Origin: Euglena gracilis
Taxonomy: Eukaryota
Assembly (NCBI GenBank): GCA_039621445.1
Contig: CP154954.1
Span: 38,239,703-38,303,702 of the forward strand
Direction of reading: 5' to 3'
Length of the DNA stretch: 64,000 nucleotides
Position numbers and translations under genes: made by a program. The notes under the pieces were generated by a model that was not told where the DNA came from, did no database searches, and saw only the letters and a list, made by a program, of their open reading frames with translations. Below, one piece after another: positions 22,101 to 32,800 of this stretch (its first letter is position 1; the number at the start of each line of letters is the position of its first letter).

Positions 22101-25100
22101 CCTGTTGGGACCAGGCTTCTGCTTAAGGGATTGCAGTAACCCCCCCCCCATTTAAACCGACCCCCCTTCTAAACCGACCTACCCTTCCAAACCGACCCAT
22201 TGCAGAATTTCAACCAAAAACAGAAATAAACCGACCCATGGCAAATTGGATGACAAACATGCACAACATATTGGAAGCCGCCAACAGAAAGAGCGTCCAT
22301 GCTCATTGAATGGTTATTATTGAAGACCCAAAATTAGGATTCGACACCCAAAATTAGGCATTTGCGTCCAAATTTTGGAGTTTGCGCCTCAAAATTGGGC
22401 ATTTTCCTCCGAAAATTTGGTGTTGGCACTCAAAAATTACAAAATTAGGCATTTTCCACCTAAAATTTGAAGTTTGCACCCAAAATTAGGCAGTTTGCCA
22501 CCAAAAATTGGATATTACACCCAAAAGTCAGCATTTGCCCCCGAAAATTAAGAAATTGCATCCCAAATTAGGCATTTGTGACTGAAAGTTAGGAATTGGC
22601 CGACCAAATTGGGCATTTGCCAATTGAAATCGCTTGCTAACATCAACCCGCTTCCGTCATGCCGTCGGCCAGCCGTCGGCCAGCCGTGTGCTCCCCCTGA
22701 AACTGACCCCCCGTCTAAACCCCCTCCAGGATTTCCGCCAACCCAAAAGTCCTAAACCGACGGGTCGGTTTAAATGGGGGGGGTTTACCCCTGGGGGGGG
22801 GGGGCTGGACTGCAGCTAGTCCAAATTTGGTTAGTGGGATTTCTAGCAGACCCTCCCCCCCGGGGGGGGTCTGCTAGCAGGGCTAGCTAGTGGAATTTTT
22901 TTTCCAGTGACCGGCGCGAAGTGCCGGAATTTTTTGGGGGACCCCCCAAAATGGCCAAAAATTCCCGTTTTTGGCCATTTTTGGGGAATTTTTGGAACAA
23001 AATCAGCCCAAAACCTCTTAAAAACCTCATTTCCACCTCGGCGCGCAGCGCCGGAGGAAAATTTTTTTCTAGTTGGGGGGACCCCGGACCCCCCCCCCCC
23101 CCGGGGGGGAGGGGTCTAGCTAGTCCATTTTTTTCCAGTGTCTAGCTGAGTGGCCAGCCAGTACCCCCCCGGGGGTCCTTAAGCAAAAGCAAGACTGGGA
23201 CGCAGTTCCTTCTCCCAGCCAGGGTGTTGCTGACAGAATTTGACCCGGTTGCCTGCCTGGGAAGGCACTCCCGATCCTACCCCTCCGGGGGGGGGGCACA
23301 CAGCCAAAAGTGCCCTAGCACAGACCCCGGGGAGCCAAAAATGGCCTTTTTCAAAGGAATGTGCCTGGGTGCTGTCTGAAATCCAACCCCCCCCCCCCGG
23401 GGGTTCGGGTTTTCGGGGGTACCCGCCCATAGCAGGTACCCCCCTCTGACCCCGGCGCAGGGGGCCCGGAAAAGGCCATTTTCAATGAAAATTTTCTGGT
23501 CCCCCTGGACCCCCCCCCCGGGCAAGCACTTATAGCCCCCCCCCCCCCCCGGTCGGAAGCAAAAGCCTGGTCAGGCCGACCACCTGGACCAGGGCCATTT
23601 GTTTGATATTTAACCCCCCCGAGATGTTTCCAAGTTTGTCCAACTGGTCAGAATTGTCAGAAAAAGTATAAACTGGAGACAGAAATTTCTGGCCACGAAA
23701 AAATTTGCTGATGCCGTGTGGAGGCCATAGAAAAAATTGTGCACACAAGGATTCACCAGCTGAACTCATGTGCTTTGACCAATTTCCAATTTTTTTGAAT
23801 ATGGAACATCTTTGACATTTTTGAGTACCTTCCAATGTGTTTTTTATGCATTTTGACCTGAATTAACAGAAATTGACAAAAAATTTTCAAGGGGGGTAAA
23901 AATGCGAATTTCTGGGGGTCGGCCCGACCTGGTCAGCCGGACCCCCAGGATGGCCACCCCAGGAATCTGCTTTGGGAAACCCTGGTTGTCAACATGGAGA
24001 AAATGGTTGAGCCAGCCGGAGAAAAATATTTGATCAACAAAAATCAAAAGCCATATTTTGTGGTTCTCAAATTTTGGTGTTTCTTCTCATTTCATTTTGC
24101 CATTTGTGTCTTACAGTGTCCAATGCATGGAATCAGCGCCGCCTCGTCTCTTGGTTTGAAGAGATCTTGCAAGAAGATGCGGTCTGTTGCGTTAACGCGG
24201 CGGGGAGTGTTATTCTCTTTTGTTTTGTATTTTTGTCTCAGGCAAAAAGGTCTATTGTTGTCCACCCACCTCAGCCCAAGATTCTTTTCAAGGAACCACC
24301 TCCCCCCCTGTTGTTGATATGGTGTGTCGTTGACAACCCCTTGTCAACGGCATTTTTCTGAAATATAAGTTTTTCTTTGCATTGGCCAGCCAAGACACTT
24401 CAAAATTGTGTCGGATCTTCTTGCCAGGCATGGCTTTGAATGTTCTCCCTTATGAATTTGGTGATTTGGCACAATATGCAGGGGGGGGGAAATGCAACTT
24501 GCATAATTTGCATTTTTTTGCATAATCGGCTTTTCCCGAAATTTGCATTTTTTGCATTTTTTTGCATTTTTTTGCATAAAATATTTTCCCCGGAAAAAAT
24601 TTTTGTAGTTGGTTGCCATATGTTTGAAATTTTTTGCATATTTTTGCATTTTCTACATAAAATATTTTGCCCTGGAAAAAAATTTTGTTGTTGGTAGCCA
24701 TATTTATGGATTTTTTTGCATTTTTTTGCATTTTTTTGCATAAAATATTTTGCCCTGGAAATTTTTTTTGATCTTAGGCAGCAAAGCTCTGTTATATTCC
24801 AGCTTTTTCTCAGGTTTTTCATGCAAGTTGCATTTTTTTGCATTTTTTTGCATTTTTTTTGCATTTTTTTGACTTGCATAATTTGAAGGGCCCAGTTGCA
24901 TTTCCCCTGCAATATGAGAGGTCCAATGGTACAATTGTGGAGGACAATTGTTGCTGGCGCGGTCTATTATTTTTATGCTACCGTGCCGTTGACACACGTG
25001 TCGTTGACACCCCCCCCCTGGGGGAGAAATTGCACCGTGCAATTTTGTGCAATTAATTGCACATGGCCCAGGATATTTTGTTTTGGAAAATGTCAGTTTT

Positions 25101-27750
25101 TGATGCAATTGAGAACTTACCGGGTTTTGCTGGGAAACTGATGTGGGTAGTGAAAATTTCGTTTCAAAGGCTGTTTATTGTTGGTTTACTCGGTGTGCAA
25201 ACCCGATCTCGCTGTCATTTCTGGATGTTCTTGACAAAGGAGCAAGATGATTTTCCAAGTAGGTGCACATTTTTTTTTGCATTGTTAGTGCGCATGTGTG
25301 GTGCCAAATCTAAAGCCAAATTAAGTTTTGCCAAACGCCCCCCCACCCAGATAAAAAAGAAGTAGATTTTTGTACAGGAAAAACACCCTAAGTTCATTGC
25401 TGGCACCAAATTTTGCTTCGGGCTCACCATCGTGCTGGGCAGAGAAAAATGGTTCATTTTGGTTGTTTCATTGTTTAGGTTCAACCCAGGGTTCGGTGAA
25501 AGGAGGGGGTGTGGGTTGGAGGATGGGAGGGGGCACCACTCCCCTCCTGGACCGGAAGGGGGGGGGACACCTGCCCATTTCAGACCCTGCTGCCACCCCT
25601 TTGACGACGGGCTGCCTTTAAACCGAACCCTGGAAGGATTGCATTCCTGGCATTTTTCATCCACACAAAAAAAATGGGAAATTTGATGTCGATTGGCCAC
25701 CGCAGTTGTCGCCAGGGTTTGATAGGCGTTTTTGGTTTAGGTGGGGGGGTGTCCCCCCCCCCCCACCTGCCAGGGGGGTCCGGACCAGACAATTTTTTAA
25801 GCACTGTCCCCCCGGGGGGGTGACTGACTGGTTTCGGGCCCGGACCCCCTCCCCCCCCCCCCCCAGGGGTCGGCCAGGGGTGGGCAAAAGTGGCTTGAGT
25901 GGCCCCGGCGCAAAAGGCACCGGGAAAATTTTTTTGGCCTAAAGTGACTGGAAAGTGGCCGTTTTTCTGAGTGGCCGACCCCCCCCCCGGGGGGGGGGGA
26001 GTGACTGACTGGTTTTTCAAAAAGTGGAGTGACCCCCCCCCCGGGTCGGTAAAAAAATTGTATGGTCCGGACCGCCCCCGGGGGGGGGGCCAAAAAGGTC
26101 AATTTTTTCCTACGGCGCTTTGCGCCGGAGTTTTTTTGGTAATTTTCTGCCATTGACGTGATGAAAAAACATTATATGCTGCTTGTGCTTTGATTTCGCT
26201 GGATGTCAATTTTTGGGCCCGGCGCTTTGCGCCGGGCCAAAAATCGGTCACCCGGACCGCGGGGGGGTGTCCCCCCCCTCCTGGCCCGGACCCCCCCACC
26301 TGTTCTTATATCGAACCCTGGTTGTCGCCCAATGCCCAATGCTTTTTTTTCTCAACAGCTCATTGCCAAGGAAGGTGGTGTACAGGCTCTGAGTGATGAC
26401 GAGTTGAAGGTTGCATTGCTTGATCGGTGTGTTCGCCCTGTTCCTTCATTGACAAGAAGCCCCAACTCCTGCAGAGCCAGGGCATTGCCAAAGAAAATTT
26501 GACTCACCCCAGGGGGGGTCCAGCCAGACAGCAGCCTTTTTCCAGCCCAGACCCCCTCCCCCAATCAACGAGATTTATTTATTTCTGGCCGGATGGTAAC
26601 GGATTTTTCCTTGGTCTGAAGGGGGCGGGGAGGCGGGGTCCAGACCCCCAAGTTCGTGCCCTTGGTGGCAGGCCATAGCGGTTCTGTTGACCTTGGTCAT
26701 TTCACTGTCGATCTTAATCCCCCCCCCCTTTGGAATGAGGGGGGGTCCGGGATCCCCCCGGTAACCCAATATTTTTTCCTGTGCTTGAAAGATGAAAAAT
26801 CTGGGTGTATGTTTGACCGATCTTTAAAAAAACAGTGTGTGAAAACGCGATTTTTGGGGGGCTTTTTTTAAGGTACAAGAAATTCTCCGCTTTGCACCAG
26901 AAAATTTCTGCACAGGGGGGGGGGGCTGGTCCGACACCCCCCTTCTTTTACTGAGATGCACAATTGGCTTTTGGAAGGGTGTAATTGGGCCGAAAATGGG
27001 CAACAAAAGTGCTGGACAGGGAAAAATTCTGGGTCAAAAAATGATTTTTGTTGCATAATTGGCAGTGGTTGGCATTTTTTGCAGTTTTTGATTTTTTGGC
27101 ACCTGGTTGGACCCCACAGTCGAGCACAGTTCGAGCCTTGGGACCCGCATCCTTTTTCCAGCCAGCCCAAATCTTCCAGCTTCTAAGTGCCACCCTGGTG
27201 GGAACAGGGCCAGGGCATTCCCGAGCAATGCCGTTGCTGGTTCGGCGGTCCTCTGGATCCATCCATCCATTGCTTTCTCACAGAGCGGTGATTCGTTGTG
27301 ATGAAGAGTTGACTCGAGGTGATATGGAGGCCCGGTACAAGGAGATCTCTTGGTTGATGTCGTTGCGGAACCCATTCATCGTGTTGGCTTGGCAAACAGG
27401 TGTCCACTGTCCATCCTCCGAGCACACAAAACCCGAGAAAAGTTTTGGGGTAAGCCTGCCCGCCCTGGGGTTTTGGAGTGGCCCGCACAGATGTGTCATT
27501 GCCATAAGGTGTTGGAGTTGGTGCCATGCCTCTGGCGCGCGCAGGGTATTACCGCAGCACTTATTCTCCCGAAGACGACCTTCCCGAGGCCTCCATCCTG
27601 CCCAAGCTGAACCGCACCGTCCTGGACGTGGACGTGCACAACGAGCTCGCCCCGGACCACCCCGAGAAGCCCCTCCCCAGGGTGCATCCTGCCTTGTACC
27701 CGAACTCCCACCTCGCCCTGGCCAAGGAGGTGGCCGTCTTGGCGAAGTAG
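7134..27750 (+). CDS. ATPTB1: Mitochondrial ATP synthase subunit ATPTB1 (euglenozoan LETM1/Mdm38-like), 12 coding exons
   Basis: Exons: 7134(or 7182)-7400, 7444-7543, 7590-7703, 7751-7920, 17452-17559, 19705-19794, 20054-20170, 21375-21465, 24117-24181, 26359-26426, 27284-27399, 27545-27750. All 11 introns are GT-AG and phase-compatible, giving one open frame of 503 aa (487 aa from ATG 7182). Segments AWVDEGLPVSKKEY, WLSNDGYLPSAF and QEDALIAKEGGVQALSDDELKVALLDR resemble trypanosomatid ATPTB1 and the LETM1 domain (from memory). Confidence 0.88.
8982..9393. mobile_element. MITE-like element with inverted ends
   Basis: GGCGCCTGAATGGAGATCGACTGAC on the left and GTCAGTCGATTTCCATTCAGGCGCC on the right, with repeated subterminal AAATCGACTG motifs. 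Confidence 0.55.
10677..11050. repeat. Tandem duplication of a ~176-bp unit rich in GGCCTTCGGCC hairpins
   Basis: CTGAATTGCAGCGGCCTTCGG starts at 10677 and again at 10853. Confidence 0.8.
11152..12089. mobile_element. Non-autonomous TIR element with 3-bp TSD (PIF/Harbinger-like), copy 1
   Basis: Ends GGAGGAGCCCA...TGGGCTCCTCC, flanked by TCT on both sides, with subterminal ACACCGCGGTT repeats. Confidence 0.8.
13136..13845 (+). repeat. Degenerate interstitial telomeric array (TTAGGG)n inside ATPTB1 intron 4
   Basis: About 700 bp of TTAGGG mixed with ATACGG, TTCGGG, TCAGGG and CTGGGG variants. Confidence 0.95.
13846..14290 (+). repeat. Tandem units adjoining the telomeric array
   Basis: TTTTG(G/T)CCA(T/C)CCTTGCCTTGCACACACAA occurs four times and GTAGGCCGACTA three times. 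A related inverted copy lies at ~16478-16590. Confidence 0.8.
14582..15497. mobile_element. Non-autonomous TIR element with 3-bp TSD, copy 2
   Basis: Same TIRs and arms as 11152-12089, flanked by TAG on both sides. Confidence 0.8.
16388..16438 (-). repeat. Short (CCCTAA)-like telomeric tract
   Basis: CCCTAA and CCCTGA units, read directly. Confidence 0.8.
18767..19064. mobile_element. hAT-like MITE
   Basis: TIR CAGGCTTCTTTTTAAG / CTTAAAAAGAAGCCTG with 8-bp TSD GGGGGGTC. Confidence 0.85.
19077..19505. mobile_element. hAT-like MITE (same family as 35084-35544)
   Basis: Ends CAGACATC...ATGTATG with 8-bp TSD GGTCGGAC. The body matches 35084-35544. Confidence 0.8.
22134..22793. mobile_element. 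MITE-like element with internal short tandem repeats
   Basis: CCCCCCCATTTAAACCGACC vs GGTCGGTTTAAATGGGGGGG, with an internal array of CCCAAAATTAGGCATT-like units at 22328-22620. Confidence 0.65.
24479..24909. mobile_element. MITE with internal TTTTTGCA repeats
   Basis: CAGGGG..AAATGCAACT / AGTTGCATTTCCCCTG, flanked by a 7-bp duplication CAATATG. Confidence 0.75.
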
Positions 27751-28154
27751 AAGCGGGAGACAGGCTGGATTTTGGGCAATGATATTGGGCAAGCCACTCC
27801 CCCCCCAGGGTATTAAGTCAATGGTGGTTTTCAGGGGGGGGTCAGGGGATCTGAGGGAGCTCCCCCTTTTCCCCTCTTCGGACTGGGGTGTCCACAGACT
27901 TCTTCCGGCGCTTCGCATCCCTTTATGCCAAGGAAGATGAAAAACTTTGGTCCCTGTTTGACCGGGGTTTCAAAAAAATTAAAAAAATTGCGAGAAAATG
28001 CAATTTTGAGATTTTTTCAAGCCCCAAATTTCTCCGGCTGTTTGCGCTGGAATTTTTTTTTGCGCATGGGGAGACGGGGACCAGACCCCCCCCCCATTTA
28101 ATACCCCTGTGCTCATCCTCTGCCCCGCACCCGGGGGGGGGGCATGCATGGCAG

Positions 28155-28310
28155 GTCCCTACGGCGCTGGAATTACACCAAAGTTTTGCCCACCTGGCCA
28201 GGCGTATCAACAAAAGTGCACTGCTGTAAGGGGCACCTGGCCACTCACCACACAGCAAGCTGGGCCAGAAGCTAACCCAGCGCCAGCCATAACAACAGAC
28301 AAGAAGCCTC
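28155..28310 (+). repeat. Dispersed repeat, possible SINE or LINE 3' end
   Basis: Diverged copy of 53809-53960 (GTCCCTAC..CTGGAATTACACCA...CTGGCCACTCACCAC...ACAAGAAGCCT). Confidence 0.6.
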
Positions 28311-28377
28311 ACTCCCCCGGGGGCAGGGCAGAATGGGAATCGGCTGAACATCCAGGGTGGCAGGTGGGGGTGGGGCC

Positions 28378-28777
28378 CAGGGTTTGATATAAGGAGGGCG
28401 TACATGGTTAGGTGGGGGGGTGTCCCCACCCCCCCCCCCTCCTGGCCCGCAGGGGGGTCCGGACCACCCCCCCCCCCCACGTGCCATAGGGTCCGGACCG
28501 ACCCTCGGGGGGCACCCGAGACCCCCCCAAAAGGCCGATTTTTTTCCTCCGGCGCTTCGCGCCGAAAATTTCTTGCATTTTTGGCACATTTTTGCCCAAA
28601 AAGTGCCCAAAATGGCACTTTTGGTCGTTTTGGGGGGTCAATAATTTTTGGCCCGACGCTTCGTGCCGGGCCGAAATTCGGTCACCCAAACCGCGCAACT
28701 GTTTAGGTGGGGGGTGCCCTTCCCCCCTGGCCCGCAGGGGGTCCGGACCCCCCCACCTGTCCTTATATCGAACCCTG
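28378..28777. mobile_element. hAT-like MITE (CAGGGTTCGATATAAG family)
   Basis: CAGGGTTTGATATAAGG / CCTTATATCGAACCCTG with an approximate TSD GTGGGG. The body matches 43752-44187. Confidence 0.8.
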
Positions 28778-29879
28778 GTGGGGGGGCCCCCACCACCACC
28801 TCCCGCATTTCCGGGAGCGCCAATTTTCGACCCCTAAAATTTTTCCCGGCGCCTTCGGCGTCAGGTGGACATCTGAAAAATGCTGTGCACCCGCCTTTCC
28901 CGTTCTGCCCTGCCCGGGGGTCTTAAAAGAATCCTGGGGATCCGCTGGACGCGTGGGAAGCCCCCGGGGGGGGGTCAGACCCCACCCCAGTTTGAAATTT
29001 GGAAGGGGAGCTCCGGATCGACCCGGGGGGGAGGGGGATGCCCAGGACAGTTATTGGCAGTTTGCTCCGAAGAAAGGGTGAGAAGCGGGGTGGCCAGGGT
29101 TTGAACCAGACAGAACCAAGGTGCATCAAGGTGCCATTTGTCAATTGGGGCGTCCTCCCCCACAGGGATGAATGGGAAGCATTTCGGTATTGAGGTGGGG
29201 GAAGGAGTGGTCCCCCAGGCTTTCCCTCTCCGCCCCCCCTCCCTCTTTGGAACGGAGGGGGCCCCAGCTGCCCTCATGTCCTGCGGGTTGGCTGGAAAAA
29301 AGTCCTGGGGGCAGGGGTCAGCCAGCTTGCAACTGGACCAACCCCCCCCCAAATCAAGCTGAGACCAAAAATTCTGTGAATTTTTTGGCGTTTTTTGAAT
29401 TTCTTTGTGAACAAAATGGTTGCTTTTATGAGCATGAACAATCATTTTTTCTCATTAGCAGCATGGAAAAATTCCCCGGTGGAGTTGGAAATTCCCCAAG
29501 TCCTCTCCATCAGAAAGTGCACATCCGGGAGCTCCGAAAGGATTTTATGTGCGATTTGCGTTTTTTTGTGTTTTTTTTTTGCGCTCGATTGCAGGTTTTT
29601 GTGTTTTGCTTGTGTTGTGTTCTTTGAGGGTCCACGTTGGGTTCCCCCACTCATCAGTGGGTGGGGTGGTGGGGTTTGCCGGGGGGTTCAAATTCAGCCC
29701 GGCGGGGATTCAGTAAGAAAAGAAGCCGCATCCAGAACTTGGGGTCAATTGTGTCCCGTTCTCGAGTCTTCTGACTGATTGCAGCCATTTTCTTTGCTTT
29801 GCAGTTGTCAACGGACGGGGGAAGGAACATAATTCTGGGTTGCGCCAAGAAAATGTTTTTTTTTTTTTTTTGGACAGCC

Positions 29880-32800
29880 CATTTTATTCCAGTTGGGGCC
29901 AGCTTGCGGGCCAGGCAGATGAGGATCTAACTCTCTGGATTTGGAATTGAGCGAAGCAGTCGTTGGCACCCCCGTGTCCAACAGGCGCGGCCGGCCAAAA
30001 CACGCCCACCAGGCATCTTTCATTGAAGTCAGTTGTTGATTTTTTTTTGAAATTTGATATTCGGCTGGTACTTCTCGTTCTGAAATTGGAATTTGACTTG
30101 AACTTTCTTTGATGACTCCGCAGTCTTGAGTTGAGGTGTTCTCCTGTCTTCTGGGTGTCGAAGGGCAATTTAGGAGTCAGCCAACCCCGGCGGGAAAAGG
30201 CACCCAACGCGCCACAATCCAAACAACACCGCCGGCGAGCAAGACATGGCCTCACAAGGGCAAAGTGCGGAGCCCGAGGTGTCGTTCTTCGCCCTCGGTG
30301 TCCCTGCCCCCGTGCCGTTTTTCCTCGGTAGTGCCAGCTTGCCGGCCCCGACTTTATATATATATATTTTTTTTAAAATTCCAGTCGACTCCCAGCCCGA
30401 ATTTGGGCTGCTGGCTGGCTGGACCCCCAAAGGGGGTAGGGCACTCTCCGGCTTAGAAAATTCCCTGGGCGCCACAGGCAAGCGTTTCGCTTGCCGCCAA
30501 AAAAAAAGTGGTTTTTTTAAAGCCAAAGAGCGGAGCAAACAGTGTCCACTTTTTTTTGGGAGCTTGGAGAAGAAATTGGTATTACGAAGAGAAGCAGCGG
30601 TGGCTGCGGCAGCTGGAGAACCTGGAGATGCGGACAAACTGTGGCAAGCTGTGGTCGCCCCTTCCCCACCCCTCTCAGAAATTTTACGACAGTTAAACCC
30701 CCCCAGTGACCACAGCCATTGGCAGACAGTGGTCAGGAAATCAAGAAAGGGGACAGGACCAATGGCCCCAGGCCCTCCAAGGCCCAGGGCCCAGCCCAGA
30801 CAGGGCCATGTACCCTTACAATTCAAAATGCCAGCAGGAAATTCAGGCCAGAAGGCCAGAGCCCACATGGGCAGATGGAACCAAGGCCAAGGGGGAGAGC
30901 ACCACAGAGGCCATGGCGGCCAGTATTTCAAGTCAACCCCCACTGGGAGAGGTCATCCCAAAGGTCTGCCAAAAATTTCCTTTCAAAAAGTCTTTTCCAC
31001 ATTCCCCACAAAGGGGCAGGGTCAATGCCCCCCAAGATTTCAATTGGGCATGGAAGCCAAGGACACAGAAAGATGCCCAAGACCCAAGGGGGGTCAAGAC
31101 CATTCAACAAGGGCAGGGGACCCTTTCAAAGCAGGGCCATGGCGGCCAATATCTGCTGGGCCACGACGGCATTCCCCAGGCCATGGAGGCCACACACCAG
31201 GGCCATGGCGGCCATTTATTTTCAAGCCCACTGGACTCATTGTGCACAGGCCACTGGGGCCAGAAGCTAAGGGGCAGCCCCACAGGGGCTCTTTATACAA
31301 ATCAGCAGCCCCAGGAGGAAGAGGGAACCCCAGTTTCCCTCAAGGAGGATCAGGTGGAAGGGGGAGAACCCCTAAAAGCATTTACGCTTCTTCATTCCAA
31401 AGTGAAATTGTCAAGGGGGGGACCCTCAGAGGCCCCCCTATGGTATGGCAACCAACCACATCAACAGCAAGGAGGCCAGTTAGGCAACACAGGGGCAGCA
31501 AGCCCTATGGTATGGAACCCAACAACAAGATCCTCCAGAGAGAGTGTGAGGAGAGAGGGAGAGCATGCATGCACATCCCCCCAAAATCATTTAACTTTAC
31601 CAAATGCTCCATCCCTGGAGGCTCCAGGGGCTGTCCCATGTCCAACAACCCCAACCCAGCCCCCCCAAAATCCATTACTGGAGAAGATAAATGCAAACGA
31701 GAAAAAATGGGGAGACACCCCCTGCATCAAAGACTCCAAAAGAGCTTAAAATGGTGGCAGAAAAATGCACCCCCAGCAACCTGTCAGCTCATCAAGGATG
31801 TCATTCAACCCCCCTGGGTAAACCCCCCCCCCAGATTGTCCACCCACCCAAAGACCAGAGCCAACCTGGATTTGAATCAGGCAGAAAAAATTCTTCTGGA
31901 CTACGAAAAAACTGGTTCAGTAAAAAGAGTGGGGAATTCCAAAACCCAGCATTTAATCCCCTGGTTTTTGATATCAAAACCAGAAGGGGGGACAATAAAA
32001 TGGAGAATGATCAGCGACTGCAGGGAAATAAATCAACATTTCCAAGTAAAACCCTTCAGACTGGATCATATCCAGAACATTTTTCCAGTTTTGCAAAAAG
32101 GCCACTGGGCAGCCAAAATAGATTTAAAGGATGCGTATTTCCACATCCCAGTAAACCCAGCCCTCAGGCCCTTTTTAAGACACCAGGTGGGAGAACAGAC
32201 CTGGGAATTCCAGGCAGGCTGTTTTGGCCTAAACGTAATGCCCCAGATTTTCATGGGGGTTATGAAAACATTCGAAAAACTTTGGAGAAAACGGGGCATC
32301 CAGGTGTTTATATACCTGGACGACATTCTACTTGTTGCTCCCACCCAAAACATTTTGCAAAGTCATCTGAACACAGTGACAAAAGATTTATTAAACTCAG
32401 GGTTCAAAATAAAGGTCAAAAAATCAACCCTGCAACCAGCCAAAATTGTAAATCATCTGGGCTTTCAACTGAACTTTCAAGAAGGAAAATTGCAAGTGCC
32501 CCCCCAAAAAGTCAAGACAATAAAGAAGGAACTGGGAAAAATCGTGAAAAAGGATTACATGTCGAAAAGGCAACTAACTGCCATTTTGGGACAAATAAGG
32601 TGCAATCTCATGGCCCTGCCCTTTTTAAGGGCTTTCACAGATTCTCTGGCCAACTTTCTTGCTACAAATTCTGCAGCCCCCTGGGACTCAAAGCACCTCA
32701 TTTCTCAAGACATCAAAACCCAATTACAGGAAATAAAAATTCTGCGGGACACCTGGGGGGGCAGACCCTTCCCCCAAGGTGCAACCAGAGAGTTGCACTC

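Noticed and set aside
24344-25108. Lys/Cys/Met-rich ORFs
   Set aside because: These are translations of TTTTTGCA repeats inside a MITE.
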